64,000 nt of DNA, from the NCBI RefSeq assembly GCF_009914755.1, contig NC_060930.1, one strand, 5' to 3'. This document shows, in pieces, positions 29,591 through 45,206 of this stretch. The DNA is from the human T2T-CHM13v2.0 reference genome, Homo sapiens. Numbering within the stretch: the stretch's first letter is position 1; each line of letters begins with the position of its first letter. The position numbers and the translations under genes were made by a program. The notes beneath the pieces were generated by a model, which saw only the letters and a list, made by a program, of their open reading frames with translations, was not told the origin of the DNA and made no database searches.

Positions 29591-29885
29591 GGCTGGGTGT
29601 GGTGGCTCACACCTGTAATCCCAGCACTTTGGGAGGCTGAGGCGGGCGGATCATGAGGTCAGGAGATCGAGACCATCCTGGCTAACACGGTGACACCCTG
29701 TCTCTACTAAAAATACAAAAAAATTAGCCGGGCATGGTGGCGGGCACATGTAGTCCCAGCTACTCAGGAGGCTGAGGCAGGAGAATGGCGGGGCTTGCGG
29801 TGAGCCAAGATCGCGCCACTGCACTCCAGCTAGGGTGACAGAGTGAGACTCCATCTCAAAAAATAAAACAAAAAAAGAAAAAAGA
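29591..29885 (+). mobile_element. AluY with ~15-bp internal deletion in the right arm
   Basis: GGAGAATGGCGGGGCTTGC lacks the consensus GTGAACCCGGGAGGC segment; TSD AAAAT(T/G)TTTTCAC(G/A)TG. Confidence 0.92.
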
Positions 29886-32280
29886 AAAATGTTTTCACAT
29901 GGGTGAAATAGCCAACATGGGACAGTGTGTTAGAGAGTTTCAAGTCAGTAAACACTTAGAATTTTATTTGTTAAAATATTCTTTTGTGATTAGGGCTCTT
30001 TAACGCAAATATTGCTTTAACTCAAATATTGCTTTCCTAGCTAAGTTTTTATTTAATTTTGTATTAAAATAATAAAATCTTGAAATCTGTGGGCTTCATA
30101 TGAAAAAATCAGAAAGGATACATGCTTCTGACTCCGTTCTCTGAGTTTGACTTAATTTGCTCTGTTGGATTATGAATTGGATTGCTTTGAGTTGTTATGA
30201 ACATTTAACAGTTCACCCCAGACTTAAACCATGTGTTATTTTCTTAATCTCCAAATTATATGCTAGTTTAGGATATTCATTTGAGACTTATTTAACATGA
30301 ATAAACTAGGCCCATTTTATATCTTGGAGGAATTAAATTTTGGATTAGTTGAGTAATAATCAACATTATTAGAACTAGTCATGATGGAACCCAACATATG
30401 TGAGGGAATGTATACAGTACAATAGCATGAGCATGAAATATCCAGCTGATTCATAATAATAGTCCTAAAAATTCTCAGTAAAAATTGATAAACCAGTGAG
30501 GTTTTTTGACATTGAAATTCCACTAACAGTGCTTTAATATCTAAGTAGATAAGCCAAGCATGCCCTTTCTTACAGGAACTAAAAATATTGAGACATATTT
30601 TAGTAAAGTCAGATTCTTTGTGAGGAGTTGGGTTGATCTATATGTGTTAGCTGCATATATTTTAGATTTAATAGAGAAAGTTTATCATATTCATTATCAC
30701 TCTCAGTTTTGGCACCTGATAAAAATAAAAAATTAAGTTTTAAAACATTATATACACATTTAAGTATACATAAATGGGATGTAATATATGAGATGTTATA
30801 TGATAATATTATTTCAAATCAATCTTCCCTTCAATTTTCTTTTACACTTTTGGGAACCTAATTTTAGATCTCCTGTGGAACACTGGCATGTCAAGGATGA
30901 CTGACAGTGGTTCAGTTTGCATGGGAACCCAATGGGTCCTCACACAGATTTCCTGGCTGATTGGATGAAGGTGCTTCTCAAAAAAAATAATAATAAAAAT
31001 AATAATGATAAGTGTTTCTTCAACCTCTAAATATTTCCCTGTAGGGGCAGGAAAGTTAACAAGGGATCGTAGTTTTCTGACTTGGCCCTGTCAACTTCCA
31101 ACTCCCCACATAACCACTACATAAACTCATCCAGTAAGCGAAGCTCCATTTATTAGACTTACAGCAGTATAGGGAAATCACCAAAGTCAAAGTTAAATAT
31201 CAAATTAAAGTTCAGAGCTAGAAAGTGGCAGGTAAAAATCCAGAACCTTAAAACAGCTAAAAGGAAAGAAAATTGCTGAGAAAATTAAAAATAAGACATG
31301 CAGATTAGAGTGTGACCAGCCATGGGTCTTGTTGGTGGGTCTGGCATAGAAGCTATTTACAGTAATCGTTATCCAAAATTTTTGAGTGGAAGCTTTCTTT
31401 TCCCAAATGTCATATGCTTTTGGAAGATTCCTAACAATGTTTCATCATCAATGATAATGGTTGCCTTTTTAATTGAGAAAGATGGCTGAAAGAACCCACA
31501 CCTTAGACTTTTACTTTTGTGTTAGTTGTTCACAGTACCTGATATGCCTTTGTCAGATAAATAAATTTTCTTCTCATGAATATTTTTCATTGACAATATG
31601 CTGTTAAATTTGTCATTTAAAATTATGTATAAGCCTTTGAATTAATGTTCATATATTTTGTGTATGTAATATATATATTTATAGGTATTTATATATTTTT
31701 ATGTATTGCTAAGACATACATACATCCATGCAAAGAGAAGATAAAGTTGAAGCTTTTAATCTTATCTTTTAAATGTAATTAACTTAATCGCTTATATATT
31801 ATCAATATGCATGTATTATTTTTACATTACCATTTTAATAAACTGAAAAAAATTCCCTTAATGAACTTTCAAACCATATTTATTATCTTGCATACATGTT
31901 CCTCTTTCTCTGTAATCATTTATATTAATTATAACCTGTAACTAAAGGAGCTCACTTTTGGTTTTGTGGATAATTGAAAAAACTAGAAGGTAGTACATAA
32001 AAAATTATCTAGCTATTTTTTCATGAGCACTTATTTTATACAGTATTAACACATTTTAAGATGACAAGATAAGCATATGCAAAATATAATTTAAAGGGAT
32101 TCGCATATCTTGTTTAATAGAAACCAATTCCGTGTATAAAAGTAAGAAAAAAGAGTTATTTAAGGAAAGTTTAATGACCAATGTTTTTACCATTTTTCTT
32201 TGTTCTTCTTTTCAAAGACATTCAAATTTGTTAACCTTTATTTGATGATTATCTATTAAAGGTTTTTTTAATGTGTGAAT

Positions 32281-33977
32281 TTTTTTAATAAAACTTTTAT
32301 TTTAGGTTCAGAGGTACATGTGTAGGTTTGCTATATAGGTAAACTCATGTCATGGGGCGTTTATTGTACAGATTATCTCATCTTCCAGGTATTAAGCCCA
32401 GTACCAAATTGTTACTTTTTCTGATCCTCTCTCTCCTCCCACCCTCCACCCTCAAGTAGGTGCCAATGTCTGTTGTTCCCCTTTGTGTCCATGATTTCTC
32501 ATCATTTAGCTCCCACTTTAAATCAAGACATGCAGTATTTAAGTTTCTGTTCCTGTGTTAGTTTGTTAAGGATAATGGCCTCCAGCTCCATCCATGTTCC
32601 AATAGAAGGCATGATCATGTTCTTTTTATGGCTGAGTAGTATTCCATGGTGTATATGTATCACATTTTCTTTATCTAATCTGTCATTGATGGACTTTTAG
32701 GCTGACATCCATGTCTTTGCTATTGTGAATAGTGCTGCAATAAACATTCATGTGCGTGCATGTGTCTTTATGGTAGAATGATTTATATTCCTCTGGGTAC
32801 ATACCCAGTAATGGGATTACTGGGTTGAATGAGAGTTCTGTTTTTAGCTCTTTAAGGAATCGTTACACTGCTTTCCACAATGGTTGAACTAATTTACACT
32901 CCCACCAACAGTGTGTAAGTGTACCCTTTTCTCTGCAACCTCACCAGCATCTGTTATTTTTAAAATTTTTAGTAGCCATTCTGACTGGTGTGAGATGGTA
33001 TCTGATTATGGTTTTGATTTGCATTTCTCTAATGATCAGTGATATTGAGCTTTTGTTCATATGCTTGTTGGCCACATGCAGGTTTTCTTTCGAAAAGTGT
33101 TCATGTCCTCTGCCTACTTTTTAATGGGGTGTTTTTTCTTGTACATTTGTTTAAGTTCCTTGTAGATGCCAGAAATTAGACCTTTATCAGATGCATAATT
33201 TGCAAAAATGTTCTCTCATTTTGTAGGTTGTCTGTGTACTCTGTTGATAGTTTATTTTGCTGTGTAGAAGCTCGTTAGTTTAATTAGGTCCTATTTGTCA
33301 ATTTTTGCTCTTGTTTATGTTGCTTTTCAAGACCGATTTTGAAATCTTCAACAGCAATCATGATGGCATCTTCATCATGAAATCTTTGCTTGCTCTTATG
33401 TCCAGAATGATATTGCCTAAGGTTTTTATCGTTGTGGGTTTTACATTTAAGTCTTTAATCCATCTTGAGTTGATTTTTGTACATGGTGTAAGGAAGGGGT
33501 CCAGCTTCAATCTGCATATGGCTAGCCAGTTATCCCAGTACCGTTTATTGACTAGGGAGTCTTTTCCCATTGCTTGTTTTTATCAGCTTTGTCAAAGATC
33601 AAATGATTATAAGTATGCAGCCTTATTTCTGAGCTCTCTATTCTGTTTCATTGGTCTATGTATCTGTTTCTGTACTAGTACCACACTGTTTTGGTTATTG
33701 TCACCCTGAAGTCAGGTTAACGTGATGGCTCCAGGTTTGTTCTTTTTGCTTAGTATTGCCTTGGCTATTTGGGCTCTTTTTTTTGTTTCATATGAATTTT
33801 AAAATAGCTTTTGCTCCTTCTGTGAAGAATGTCATTGGTAGCTTGATAGGAATAACACTGAATCTATAAATTACTTTGGGCAGTGACCATTTAATTATAT
33901 TGATTCTTTCTATCCACGAGCAAGGAAAGTTTTTCCATTTGTTTGTGTCATCTCTGATATCTTTGAGCAGCATTTTT
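32281..33977 (-). mobile_element. 5'-truncated L1 (L1PA13-16-like), 3'UTR plus ORF2 C-terminal remnant
   Basis: Antisense L1 3'UTR. ORFs 33358-33570 ([32 protein letters not shown]) and 33788-33973 ([19 protein letters not shown]) are L1 ORF2 fragments. Confidence 0.93.
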
Positions 33978-35401
33978 TCCTATTTAGGACATGTCTCTCT
34001 ATCCAAAAACAATTTATTAGTTAATTCAATTTAATATAAGGCTAAAGTCTTAAAGTTGACTACAGATTTGGAAATTATGAGTTAAATTGATAGGCTAAAT
34101 TTTATGGCATATTAATAGCATTATGAGAATACACAATATTAACAAGATACCTATTATTTGGTGTTATTTAGTCAAACACTTTTCAATATATGTTTGTAAC
34201 CTAAATTATTGAGAGAAATGATAATAATTTAATAGACTCACAGAATTAATGAAGGAAAAATTTAAAGTTTAAAATATGAGAAACTAAACCCATATCATGT
34301 CTTAATGGACATTGAATGGTACAATGAAACCATTGTACTCACATTATTTTTTCTACTAACAATACTAGGGAGATGACTGAAATTGTTTTTAAGCTTGATC
34401 ACCCTAATTTGTCTAAATAATAATCTATTTATACTGCATGAACATTAAAAATATAAATTTACCTTTGTATTTGTATATCAGAAAAATATATTAAGACTTA
34501 TATATTCATGTCAAAAGGTTTATATGCCTAGCTTTAATTTTTACCATTATCCAAACTCATAAGTAAACTTTTTCTTCTGATTTACAGTTTTGGCGAGGAA
34601 AAAACATACGACATTAGAGCAATTTGTTTTTGTTTTGGAAAATTCTTTATTGTTTACCTAGGCTGCATATTCCTAGAGTATGTACGTAGTGACAAAAAGA
34701 TTATTTTTTATTAATTTCTAAAATTACCCAGGAGACAAAACAAAACAGTAGAAGAGGAAGGGAGAAAAAAGTGAGAGGCAGCAGGTTTCAGATAGATATT
34801 AAATTATTAATGCAGATGGCAAATTGTCTTATCCTCTGCAAGGAGATGAGATAGCTTAGATTCATGAAAACTCATTTTGGCATGCATACACGTGTGTGCA
34901 CTCATTCACATATACACACACAACAGAGAGAGAAAGAGATTGAAAATCATTATAGGTGATTTGAACAGAGAGGAGGTGCATAGGCAAAGTAAGTCCATTC
35001 CAAGTAGTGAAGAATTTCACTTGGCTTTTTACAATTTCATCAAGTTGTATGCTTTTTAATTGTTCATCTGCCTTTGACATATGGTCATGAAAGAGGAAGA
35101 GTTTATTCTGTCAAAGAAAGAGACCTCACTTTGAGACAGAGGAGTCAGTTAGACAATCTTTCTATAAGGGTTTCTTTTTATTTTAATGCCTCTTTCAAAT
35201 AAACACTATTGTTTATGGTAAAGGTTTCCCAAAGTAACCACTGAAATTTTAGATCAATCCTGGTGTAATTATTTTAGAGGGATATGCACATGAGTTAACA
35301 CAAGAAAAAAGATCCTGTGTAGATGATAAAAGTCAAAAAAGGTAGTTCTACTTTGTGTCTCTAGAATCTGGTCAAAGATGAGTTGATAACAGCTGGGGGC
35401 C

Positions 35402-36165
<764 letters not shown>

Positions 36166-36496
36166 GGGCCCAAAGAACCCTCCAACTCAGGTCAGACAAA
36201 ACTAAATAAACCAATTCTAGGGACACAAAGACAAGCCACAGGAAAGTCCTTAAATGTTTACTTTAAATCAATTTTATTAAGGTATACATAAACTATTAAT
36301 ACATCCACTCAGAGCATATGTATAAGGTTTTAGAAAACTGACCCAATGCAAATTATGTCCAAATAATGCCATCGTGATATGATCTTTTAAATTCTTCAGT
36401 ACTTGGGATGGACGCACTCGGCCTATGCACCTCCTCTCTCTATAGGCTTCGTCTTAAAGACTTATAACAGAAAGACAGAGATGATCCAAAATGTTG

Positions 36497-36848
36497 TGAC
36501 ATGGTTAGGCTTTGTGTCCCCAACCAAATCTCATCATGAATTGTAATCCCTATGTGTAGAGAGAGGGAAGTGATTGGATTATGGGGGAAGTGTCTTTCAT
36601 GCTGTTTTCATGATAGTAAGTGAGTTCTCATGAGATCTGATGGTTTTATAAATGTCTGGCATTTCCCCTGCTTGTACTCTTTCTCCTGCCACTGGTGAGG
36701 AGGTGCCTGCTTCCCTTTCTGCCATGATTGTAAGTTTCCTGAGGCCTTCCCAGCCATGCAGAACTGTGAGTCAATTAAACCTCTTTCCTTTATAAATTAC
36801 CTGGTCTCAGAGAAGCTCTTTACAGCAGTGTGAGAACACACTAAGACA
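36497..36848 (+). mobile_element. THE1D-like solo LTR
   Basis: TGACATGGTTAGGCTTTGTGTCCCC...CACTAAGACA; TSD TGTTG at 36492-36496 and 36849-36853. Confidence 0.88.
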
Positions 36849-37039
36849 TGTTGTTAGAAAAATAGGCAATTTTCTACTTAATAATTCCTAAAAGTCTTCT
36901 TTATATAATATGTGATACCTAAATCTTTATCTAATATTTAAAATACTTCTTTAAAATGTTAATAATTCCTAAAATGTTTCTTTTTTAAAAAAAATGCCTA
37001 AAATGCTTCTTTGTCCCTCCCTGGGAAAATAATGTTTGT

Positions 37040-37640
37040 GAATTGACAAAACAAAATTGGAGCTCAGACCCAATTCAAGTCATACCTCAATCTTGAGGTC
37101 AGAGACACTCCCTCGATCCCAATTTAGAGGATCAAGAAATCTCAGGGGAATGTATTTCTCCAGATCCTCATGTATGCAGTAAAGGAGGGATCTTGATTGG
37201 GTCTTGGTAGGATCTTTTGGTTTGTCAACTGTTGACTCCTTAGAAGTTCACTGGAAATACCTGTTTATGAAAAAGAAAGAATACCACCATGACAAATCTT
37301 AGTAGTGTCTCAGAAGGTGAACTTCAAGGTAAGATATCAAATAGACTTTTAGGGCCTGGGCTAGGACTTTTTAAGTCAGATCTTGCAAGAAACAGTACTG
37401 GTTGGGATTGAAGAGAGTTTATTAGAGAATAGATTTAGACAAATGGGCTCAGAGAAGCCAGAGTCTTGAAGCTATTCATTATAAACAAGCTATTAGTCTT
37501 TATAAGTAACCTGTTTAGTTGGTTCAGTCTTATCTTTAAGAAACAAGTAGTTTCTGGAGCAAGTAGCTGAGTTAAATTTGCTTTGCTCTCAGTATTGTTT
37601 CAAATAGGTACAGAAAATTATATTGCTTTCAGTTTTCTTT
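37040..37640. mobile_element. Possible ancient ERVL-type LTR relic
   Basis: Loose resemblance only (AGTAGTGTCTCAGAAGG, GTCAGATCTTGCAAG, CAGTCTTATCTT); family uncertain. Confidence 0.3.
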
Positions 37641-40120
37641 CCCCTTTCCTCTCCATCCCCCCCACGGAACTTGTCTCAGGTTTTCAGAGTCGGACTGCTA
37701 GATTAGTACAATAAAAGTGTTGTGAAACTAGGGCTGTTGCAAGGACTTAGACCTCAAAGCCACTCTATTTGAGCTGCCAATAATAGGCCTTGTCCTACTG
37801 ATTTCCAATTAAATTAGCTTTTAAAAACATGTTTATTGATTGACATACATACATAATTATAATGGACTATTTTCCATAAGTGATTATTTTAATGGACATT
37901 TGTGTTTTATGAACACATTAGCTACCTGACCAAATAGCAAGCAAGTTATCTTGAATTAATGCTGTAGGTTTCTTCCAACTACTAAGTAGGCAGGCTGGGA
38001 TCCATTACTGTAGGCTGTCAGGGGAGAAAAGATGAATTGAGTTGATGGTGATGACATAATGAATGTGGCTTCAATGACACAGTGGCAAATGTTAAACTCA
38101 CTCACTGTATGATGAAACCACATCATTAGAAACAATAGCAAGGGAGAAGGTAAATCAAGAAAGGAGACAAATCACTCACAATGCATGAGAATATCTGGAA
38201 GCTCCTCAATGCAGCATCCAGAACTTCACCATGGTTGAGGCACTAAGGAAATAAGTTTCTAAAAACAGTGGCTTTAAGGAGAAAAGAAATAATGACCACC
38301 AATTGAAACTAGGACACCCTAGGGTCATATCCAAAGAAGTGGAAAATGTAGGGTATGTTAGTAAACAGGGAATTTCAGCCATTACGTTTGTTTTATCTAG
38401 AGCTAGAGACTACTATTATTGTCACCTATAGTTATTTGAGCTCACTGGTGCCAGGTAGGTGGAAACCAGAGAGACAAAGGTCACATTCACAGAAAAAAAT
38501 TGGACTGTTATAAGTCTTAGGGCATGTCAAGCACATTATGATCACAATGCATTAAGAACAGGCTTATCTGACCCATGAACAAGCACCATGGCAAAATCTG
38601 AGAGCTGATTTAAGCAACACTTGAGCTGTGGGAGTAAACCAAAATGTATAAAGACAGTATCATTTCCATGAACTCATTAAAAATGACTTCATTTGAATTT
38701 TAATTTTGGAATTGAATCTTAAAAAAATTACATCTCAATTTATAAAATCACAAAGGTAATGGCACTATAAACTTCTACTTGCTTTTCACGTGTTTCAGTA
38801 CTTTCTAATAGAAATCACCAGCCCTAGAAATTTCAGGAACTGTGAAGGCTGCTAGGGAGCAGGTAGTTTTATCAGTTTCAGTAAAGTTGCACTTGTGCAA
38901 ATGTTGGGTAAACAGTTTGGGCCAATTTTACTTGGATAAAAGATACAATGTGCCCTCCAGGTGATTCCTTTCTCTGGGACTGGGAGAGCATCTGCTAATG
39001 ATACCAAGTCTTGAATATCTCTCTTCTAAGGCACAAAATCTGTAGTGACCCTCTATTGAAATTTTTTTGGACTTTATTTCTTATGAAGGAAATTAGTGGC
39101 AGTTCCTCACAGCTTTTTGGGGGAGAATAACATTTCAGTATCATTCTTGAACCTGTTAGTTTATTCCCTGGGGCCTCAGTGAATTCTAGGAAAAACACTA
39201 GCCTGCAGTCATTCAGCCTGGGGCTGTAAAATTGTCAGATCTCATAAGCTCGACACAGTGCTTGGGTCTGGCCAGGACTTGGATAGGAGAACTCAAAAGA
39301 AAGAAAAAAAAACTTTGTGGAACACACATCTGTTGTGCACCAGATGGCAGTTATTTCATCTTCTGTGGAACTTTTTTCTATAATTCTTGTTACATTTCTT
39401 CTACTGCAGTACTTACAGGTTTTAAGAAGAAAAAAGCAAAATATTTTGGGAAAAATGAGGTGACTGTAACATTAAAATCAAGGCTTTAATTGTTCCCAAA
39501 CTCAGGATTTGCAGAGTTAAGTTTCCCACAGCAATCCTCCAACTGTGCAGCGTGTATTACAATAGGAGTCCTCATTACATAATCACCAAACCCTGGGTAA
39601 TGTTACATAGTGTTCAGCAGATAAAGGGCACAAAATAATGGAAAAGAACTGCACTTTTTCTCTAATCGTAGATGTACAGAGCATATTATGTTACTGCATA
39701 AATATTACATGATCATGTAACAAAATATACTAATGAAATATACAGATGCAAAGCAAGGGTGCAAGGGTTGAAGGTGCATTGGGAACACTTAAATTGATTT
39801 TCTTATTCTTTGCTAATTCAAATTCAAACTTAATTTAGCATTTGTGTTGTTTTATGAGAATATAAAATGTCATGGGAGGCCTGATAGTTTTTAATAAGTT
39901 TATCGAATGGTACTTAGAGTCATCTTCTGCAACAGTAATATAGACCTACAACACTATTGCTGTCTTTCATGTATCAAACTTCTGTTCCTGACTATGTCTT
40001 AAGCATTAGGTTTTGACCTAGAAGCTAATTTTTGCCCAATGGCTTCTACTGCTTTGCAAGTACAGCACATTTTATATTAAAGACTCAGATGTTGCCTATT
40101 GGGTTTAGTGGGTTTCTGCC

Positions 40121-40493
40121 TATATTAGTCCATTCTCATGCCGCTAATAAAGACATACCCGAGACTGGGTAATTTATAAAGGAAAGAGGTTTAATTGACT
40201 CACAGTTCAGCATGGCTGGGGAGGCCTCAGGAAACTTAACACTCATGGTGGAAGGGGAAGCAAACACATCCTTCTTCACACAGTGGCAGCAAGAAGTGCT
40301 GAGCAAAAGGGGGAAAAGTTTCTTATAAAACCATCAGATCTTGTAAGAACACTCACTATCATGAGAACAGCATGGAAGAAACTGCCCCCATGATTCAATT
40401 ACCCCCGACCAGGTCCCTCCCATGCCACAGTGGTGATTATGGGAGCTACAATACAAGATTAGATTTGAGTGGGGACATAGCCCAACCATATCA
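40121..40493 (-). mobile_element. THE1C-like solo LTR
   Basis: TATATTAGTCCATTCTCATGCCGCTAATAAAGAC...CAACCATATCA; TSD CTGCC at 40116-40120 and 40494-40498. Confidence 0.9.
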
Positions 40494-41157
40494 CTGCCTA
40501 CGTTTGCCCTGTCAGTTGCTTAATATCTGTGCAAATTTGTCAGCCTATTTAGATGCCCTCTGCCAATTGATTAAAAATACTTACATAGTACCTACTGTAT
40601 AAAGAACTCTTCTAGATTCTGATGTAACATAAATAAATTGTTACGGTCTTCTTTTTAAAAAATAAGAACTTCAGTTACTGATGACAGTGTTAATTATATT
40701 CACTTTGAAACAGAATGCATTGTGTGCCTTAAACAGCATGGACAGTGCTGGCGTACTACACAGCTCATTACATTTTTTATTTCATTTTACCAAAGTTCTA
40801 TTTCATGCAAACATCTCCAGTTATTCCTACCATTGGTATATGATCTTCATAGCCATAATTAAGTTTGTGATGTTTTGTGTGAGGTTATTTCTCAACATTG
40901 TTATTGGCATACCACTAGTATCAATACTTTGGCAAGTTAAACAACTGTGATAAGATCACAGAATATCAGAACTTGGAAGCAAAGTTAGAGTATCAAACTC
41001 CTTTGAAAGATGAGTAAACTGAGACTCAGATGTTAAGAAGCTGACCAAGATCACAAATGTGTTAGTGGCAGATAAACTAGAATCTCTTCTTTCTCTCTAT
41101 TGTGATGTATCTTCTGGGTATATACACACACAACCACTGCAGATTGGGTAGTGGTTG

Positions 41158-41570
41158 TGCTATAGTTTGAATATTTGTTCCCCAAAACATCATGTTGAAA
41201 TTTGATCCTGATATTGGAGGTGGGGGGTAATGGGAGGTGTTTTTGTCATGGGGGCAGAACCCTCAGGAATGGCTTGGTGTCATCCTCATGCTAATGAGTG
41301 AGTTCTCACTCTATTGCTTCCCATGAGGGCTGGTTGTTAAAAAGGGAGCCTGGCAACTCCCTAGCTCTCTCTCTTGCTTCTTCTCTTTCCATATGATTTC
41401 TGCACATATCAACTGTCCTTTGCTTTCTGCCATGTGTGGAAGCAGCCTGAAGCTTTCACCAAATGCCCAGTCTTTCGGCCAGCAGAATTGTAAGCCAAAT
41501 AAACCTTTTTTCTTTATTAATTATCCAGCCTCAGTTATTCCTTTATAGCAACACTAAACAGACTAAGACA
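41158..41570 (+). mobile_element. MSTB-like solo LTR
   Basis: TGCTATAGTTTGAATATTTG...CAGACTAAGACA; TSD GGTTG at 41153-41157 and 41571-41575. Confidence 0.9.
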
Positions 41571-43030
41571 GGTTGGTTATATGATCTCAGAATAAATTTG
41601 CTTTCAGTGACATTTAGTTCTTAAGAAGATAATTATCTTTTAAGTAAGACATACAACAAAGGGCTCAAGTGAGCATCAATAGATGAAAATGTAGTAGACA
41701 AAAAAGTCTAGTAGAAGAAACAAAAATAAAAGATAGAAAAACATTTCTAAATAAACATGTTTATCACTATATCAAGTGAAGATTTCATTTATGACTTAAT
41801 ACTATAATCTGACCTTTACAATTTTCTGTTGTTTATTTGTTTTAAAAATATGCTTTGGATTTATTTTCAATACTTAAAAAATATTATCAAGGTCCGTAGT
41901 GGAATTACAACTTGTTACAGATAATTGTTGCTCTTTAATTCTACATCCTATGGGATTAATTTTGTAATTCAATTCTCAAATAGCATACACTTAGTAATAG
42001 CTATTTTTCTAATAATTTCAGTATCATAGGAATATGTGCTTTATTAAGAAGGATCTAAATATACAACTTTAAAATACCCCAAAACTTTTTAAAATAAGAT
42101 AAATTCCCTCTAAATATTGTGACTGAAAACTTCATTGAAGTGTCCTTAGGTTGCTGATAACACAAAGACTGCTCACTACCAACTGTGAGCTTTTGCTTAA
42201 AAATTTCCACACGTGGATTTGCATCTTTCTAGGTTGCAAAAAAATACTATTTCTCCCATAAGGAAACAGTGAAATAGAGGGAGTAAATGTATGTAAAGAG
42301 AAACACCAATTGAACCAAAATGTACTGCATTAGTTTTCAATGTCAATTACTAGACATCTGAGAAAAAGTATCAATATTTGTAATATTTAACAAATCTATA
42401 GTAATATGTAGACGGTAATAAAGCAGTGTTATACTTTAAAAGATATTTACAAAGGTCCATGTTAATATATTATCGTGGAGAACTGGAAAGAGTGAAAATA
42501 GTAAAAAAAAAAGCTGTGTTAAATACTCTCATATTGATTCTCTACTCATTATTAAATAGTTCTGCTTTTAATAATCTGTTTACATCGTGTCACTTAAAAC
42601 AAACATAAATCTCCAATCCTGCTGAGAAAGTTTTGTTCAGCAATCTACTTTAACAAGAAGGACACTTTGGATTGGGCCAAGTGAACAGGACTTTTGTTGT
42701 TTAAATCAGAGAAATGTTTATTTTTATCATTTTATTTTCTGCCACATAAAGTATAATGGGACATACCATAAATGTTGATAGTTTTGCCTCTAATTTTTAG
42801 TTGTTAACACATTTACACTGATTTTAAAATTTGATTCCAACCATAGTTTATTTTTGCAGCCATTATGACTATGTCTACAAAATTAGGTTCAAGTTTTTAC
42901 CAAATTTTGCTAGTTTATGCTTTAAATTAAAATCCATCTTTACTAAATTTTGTTCAGGTCTTGTGTATATTGTTGGGGACTTCTTTGAAAGAACCACCTA
43001 CATGGCATTTCCAAATAATTTATTCACTAA

Positions 43031-43340
<310 letters not shown>

Positions 43341-44807
43341 AGGATCTGTTACCTTTTATACATTTCCCAGGAAAATCCATAGTAGAACAAGAATAGGCTT
43401 ATTTATTCGACTAACTTCAGACTATAAATAATACTTTCTATGAATTAATCTATCATTTTAAATAGGTTTCCATAGGATGTTTCTAGAGTAATGTTCCTAC
43501 AGTAGGTGTATTAATAACTAAACTTATTTGGTCTTTTATTTCATGTATACATTGTTCCTCTTACCTAAATTATGTAAGTTTAGCTACAAACCAGCAATTT
43601 GATAGAATCCCGTGATTCTTTGAATTCATGTTTGTTTCTCATGTTGATATCATTTACGTACTTAGCTTTGTTAATCTTCAAAGTCATTCACTGCTCAATG
43701 AGAACAAGCATTTTCAAACTCTACTGGAATATTTCATGGTAAGCATGTCTCCTCTTTCCTCATTTATTTACATAAAGATCAAGATAAATCAGGATATGAT
43801 TATAGGTGGTGTGATTCATCAGCTGCCAATCAAAAGCTGACATAAAACCTTTGGCAGAAAGATTGAAAAAACTATTTGGAAAACAACATGATCCTAAAGA
43901 AGTGTTCTGAAGAGTGGTGATGTCACTGGTCTGTAAACTCTAATGAACTTCTTATTCAAATATCTATTCCTCTTGGTTAGATACATTCACCTTATTTTTC
44001 TTGTCCAGTGGCTTAATCAACTCTATGCTGTTTAAGTGTGATGATTTGTCTTTTGTAAACCTATGAACTAGAATGACTCACATATTTTTTCATTTTCACT
44101 TATGAAACTAAGAATTAAATCAATATTCATCTCATAAACACTTGCCAGCTATCTATTATGTGCTTCATGCATTGGTAAGAATTACTATTACTGTAAGTAT
44201 TATAATTCTTTCATATCTTCCTTAAGATATACAGTTATCTCAGAACTTCACACTTAATATAGTATTTTTCTAATCACTGAATTGATTCAAAATTGAATAA
44301 AATCTTTTCCTATAGATTAACAATATATAATATCTAGAAAAATGTAAATTATTTATCAGAATAACAGAAAAGCTATTATTTATCAAAGTATAGTTTTTCC
44401 CTGTAATATTTTCATTTTGAATATTTTTTTCCCTGAAAAGGTAAAACCTCACAATCTTGATTTCTAACCTGACTGTAGTACAATGATAGGTGACTGTCCC
44501 ATTCTTTACTGCTCACCTTTCATTTGTTAACTTGTAGTCTCAAAGTTTTCTCTTGATACCTGTTCTTTTGCCAGGATCCAGTGGTTTGGGAGTTTGGACT
44601 ATAGCAAGATTCACAGATTTGAGCACAACTCTAAATGAGGGCAAACAGGAACGCTACTCCCAAAAACAAAAAAGTCCACTTAAACAAGCTAACTAACCAA
44701 CTAACTAACTAATTAACCAATATAGGCATTTTAGTAACCTTTCCAAAAAGCAGCAGAACTAAGTATCTATTTTCCTAGTAGAGTATATTTGTCTTCTAGA
44801 TCAGGGT

Positions 44808-45206
44808 GCCCATCTTTGTCCCAACAATTCTGTAATGCTATAACAGAATACCACAGACTGGGTAATTTTTAAAGCAAAGAAATTGACTCCTCACCGTTCT
44901 AGGGGCTGGGAAATCCAAGACGAAAGTGCTGGGATCTGGTAAAGGCCTCCTTGCTGTGTCATCCAGTGGCAGGAGAGCTCAAGAAAACAAGACCAAGATC
45001 AAATGAGGAAAGCGACCAAATTCATCCTTTTATCAGAAACCTAGTATCAAGATCCCTAACCTACTCCCACAATAGCATTAATCAATTCATAAGGCAGAGC
45101 CCTCATGACCTAGTCACCTCTTAATGGTCCCATCTCTCAGCAGTGTTGCATCGGGGATTAAGCTTCGAAAGCATGAACTTTGTGGGGACTCATTCAAATC
45201 ATAACA
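44808..45206 (-). mobile_element. MSTC/MSTD-like solo LTR
   Basis: GCTATAACAGAATACCACAGACTGGGTAATTT..GCAGAGCCCTCATGACC..CATTCAAATCATAACA. Confidence 0.8.

Noticed and set aside
33305-33973. ORFs of 61-134 aa
   Set aside because: Frameshifted L1 ORF2 remnants and their antisense frame.
36880-37010. Repeated TAATAATTCCTAAAA motifs
   Set aside because: Short AT-rich slippage duplications with no further structure.
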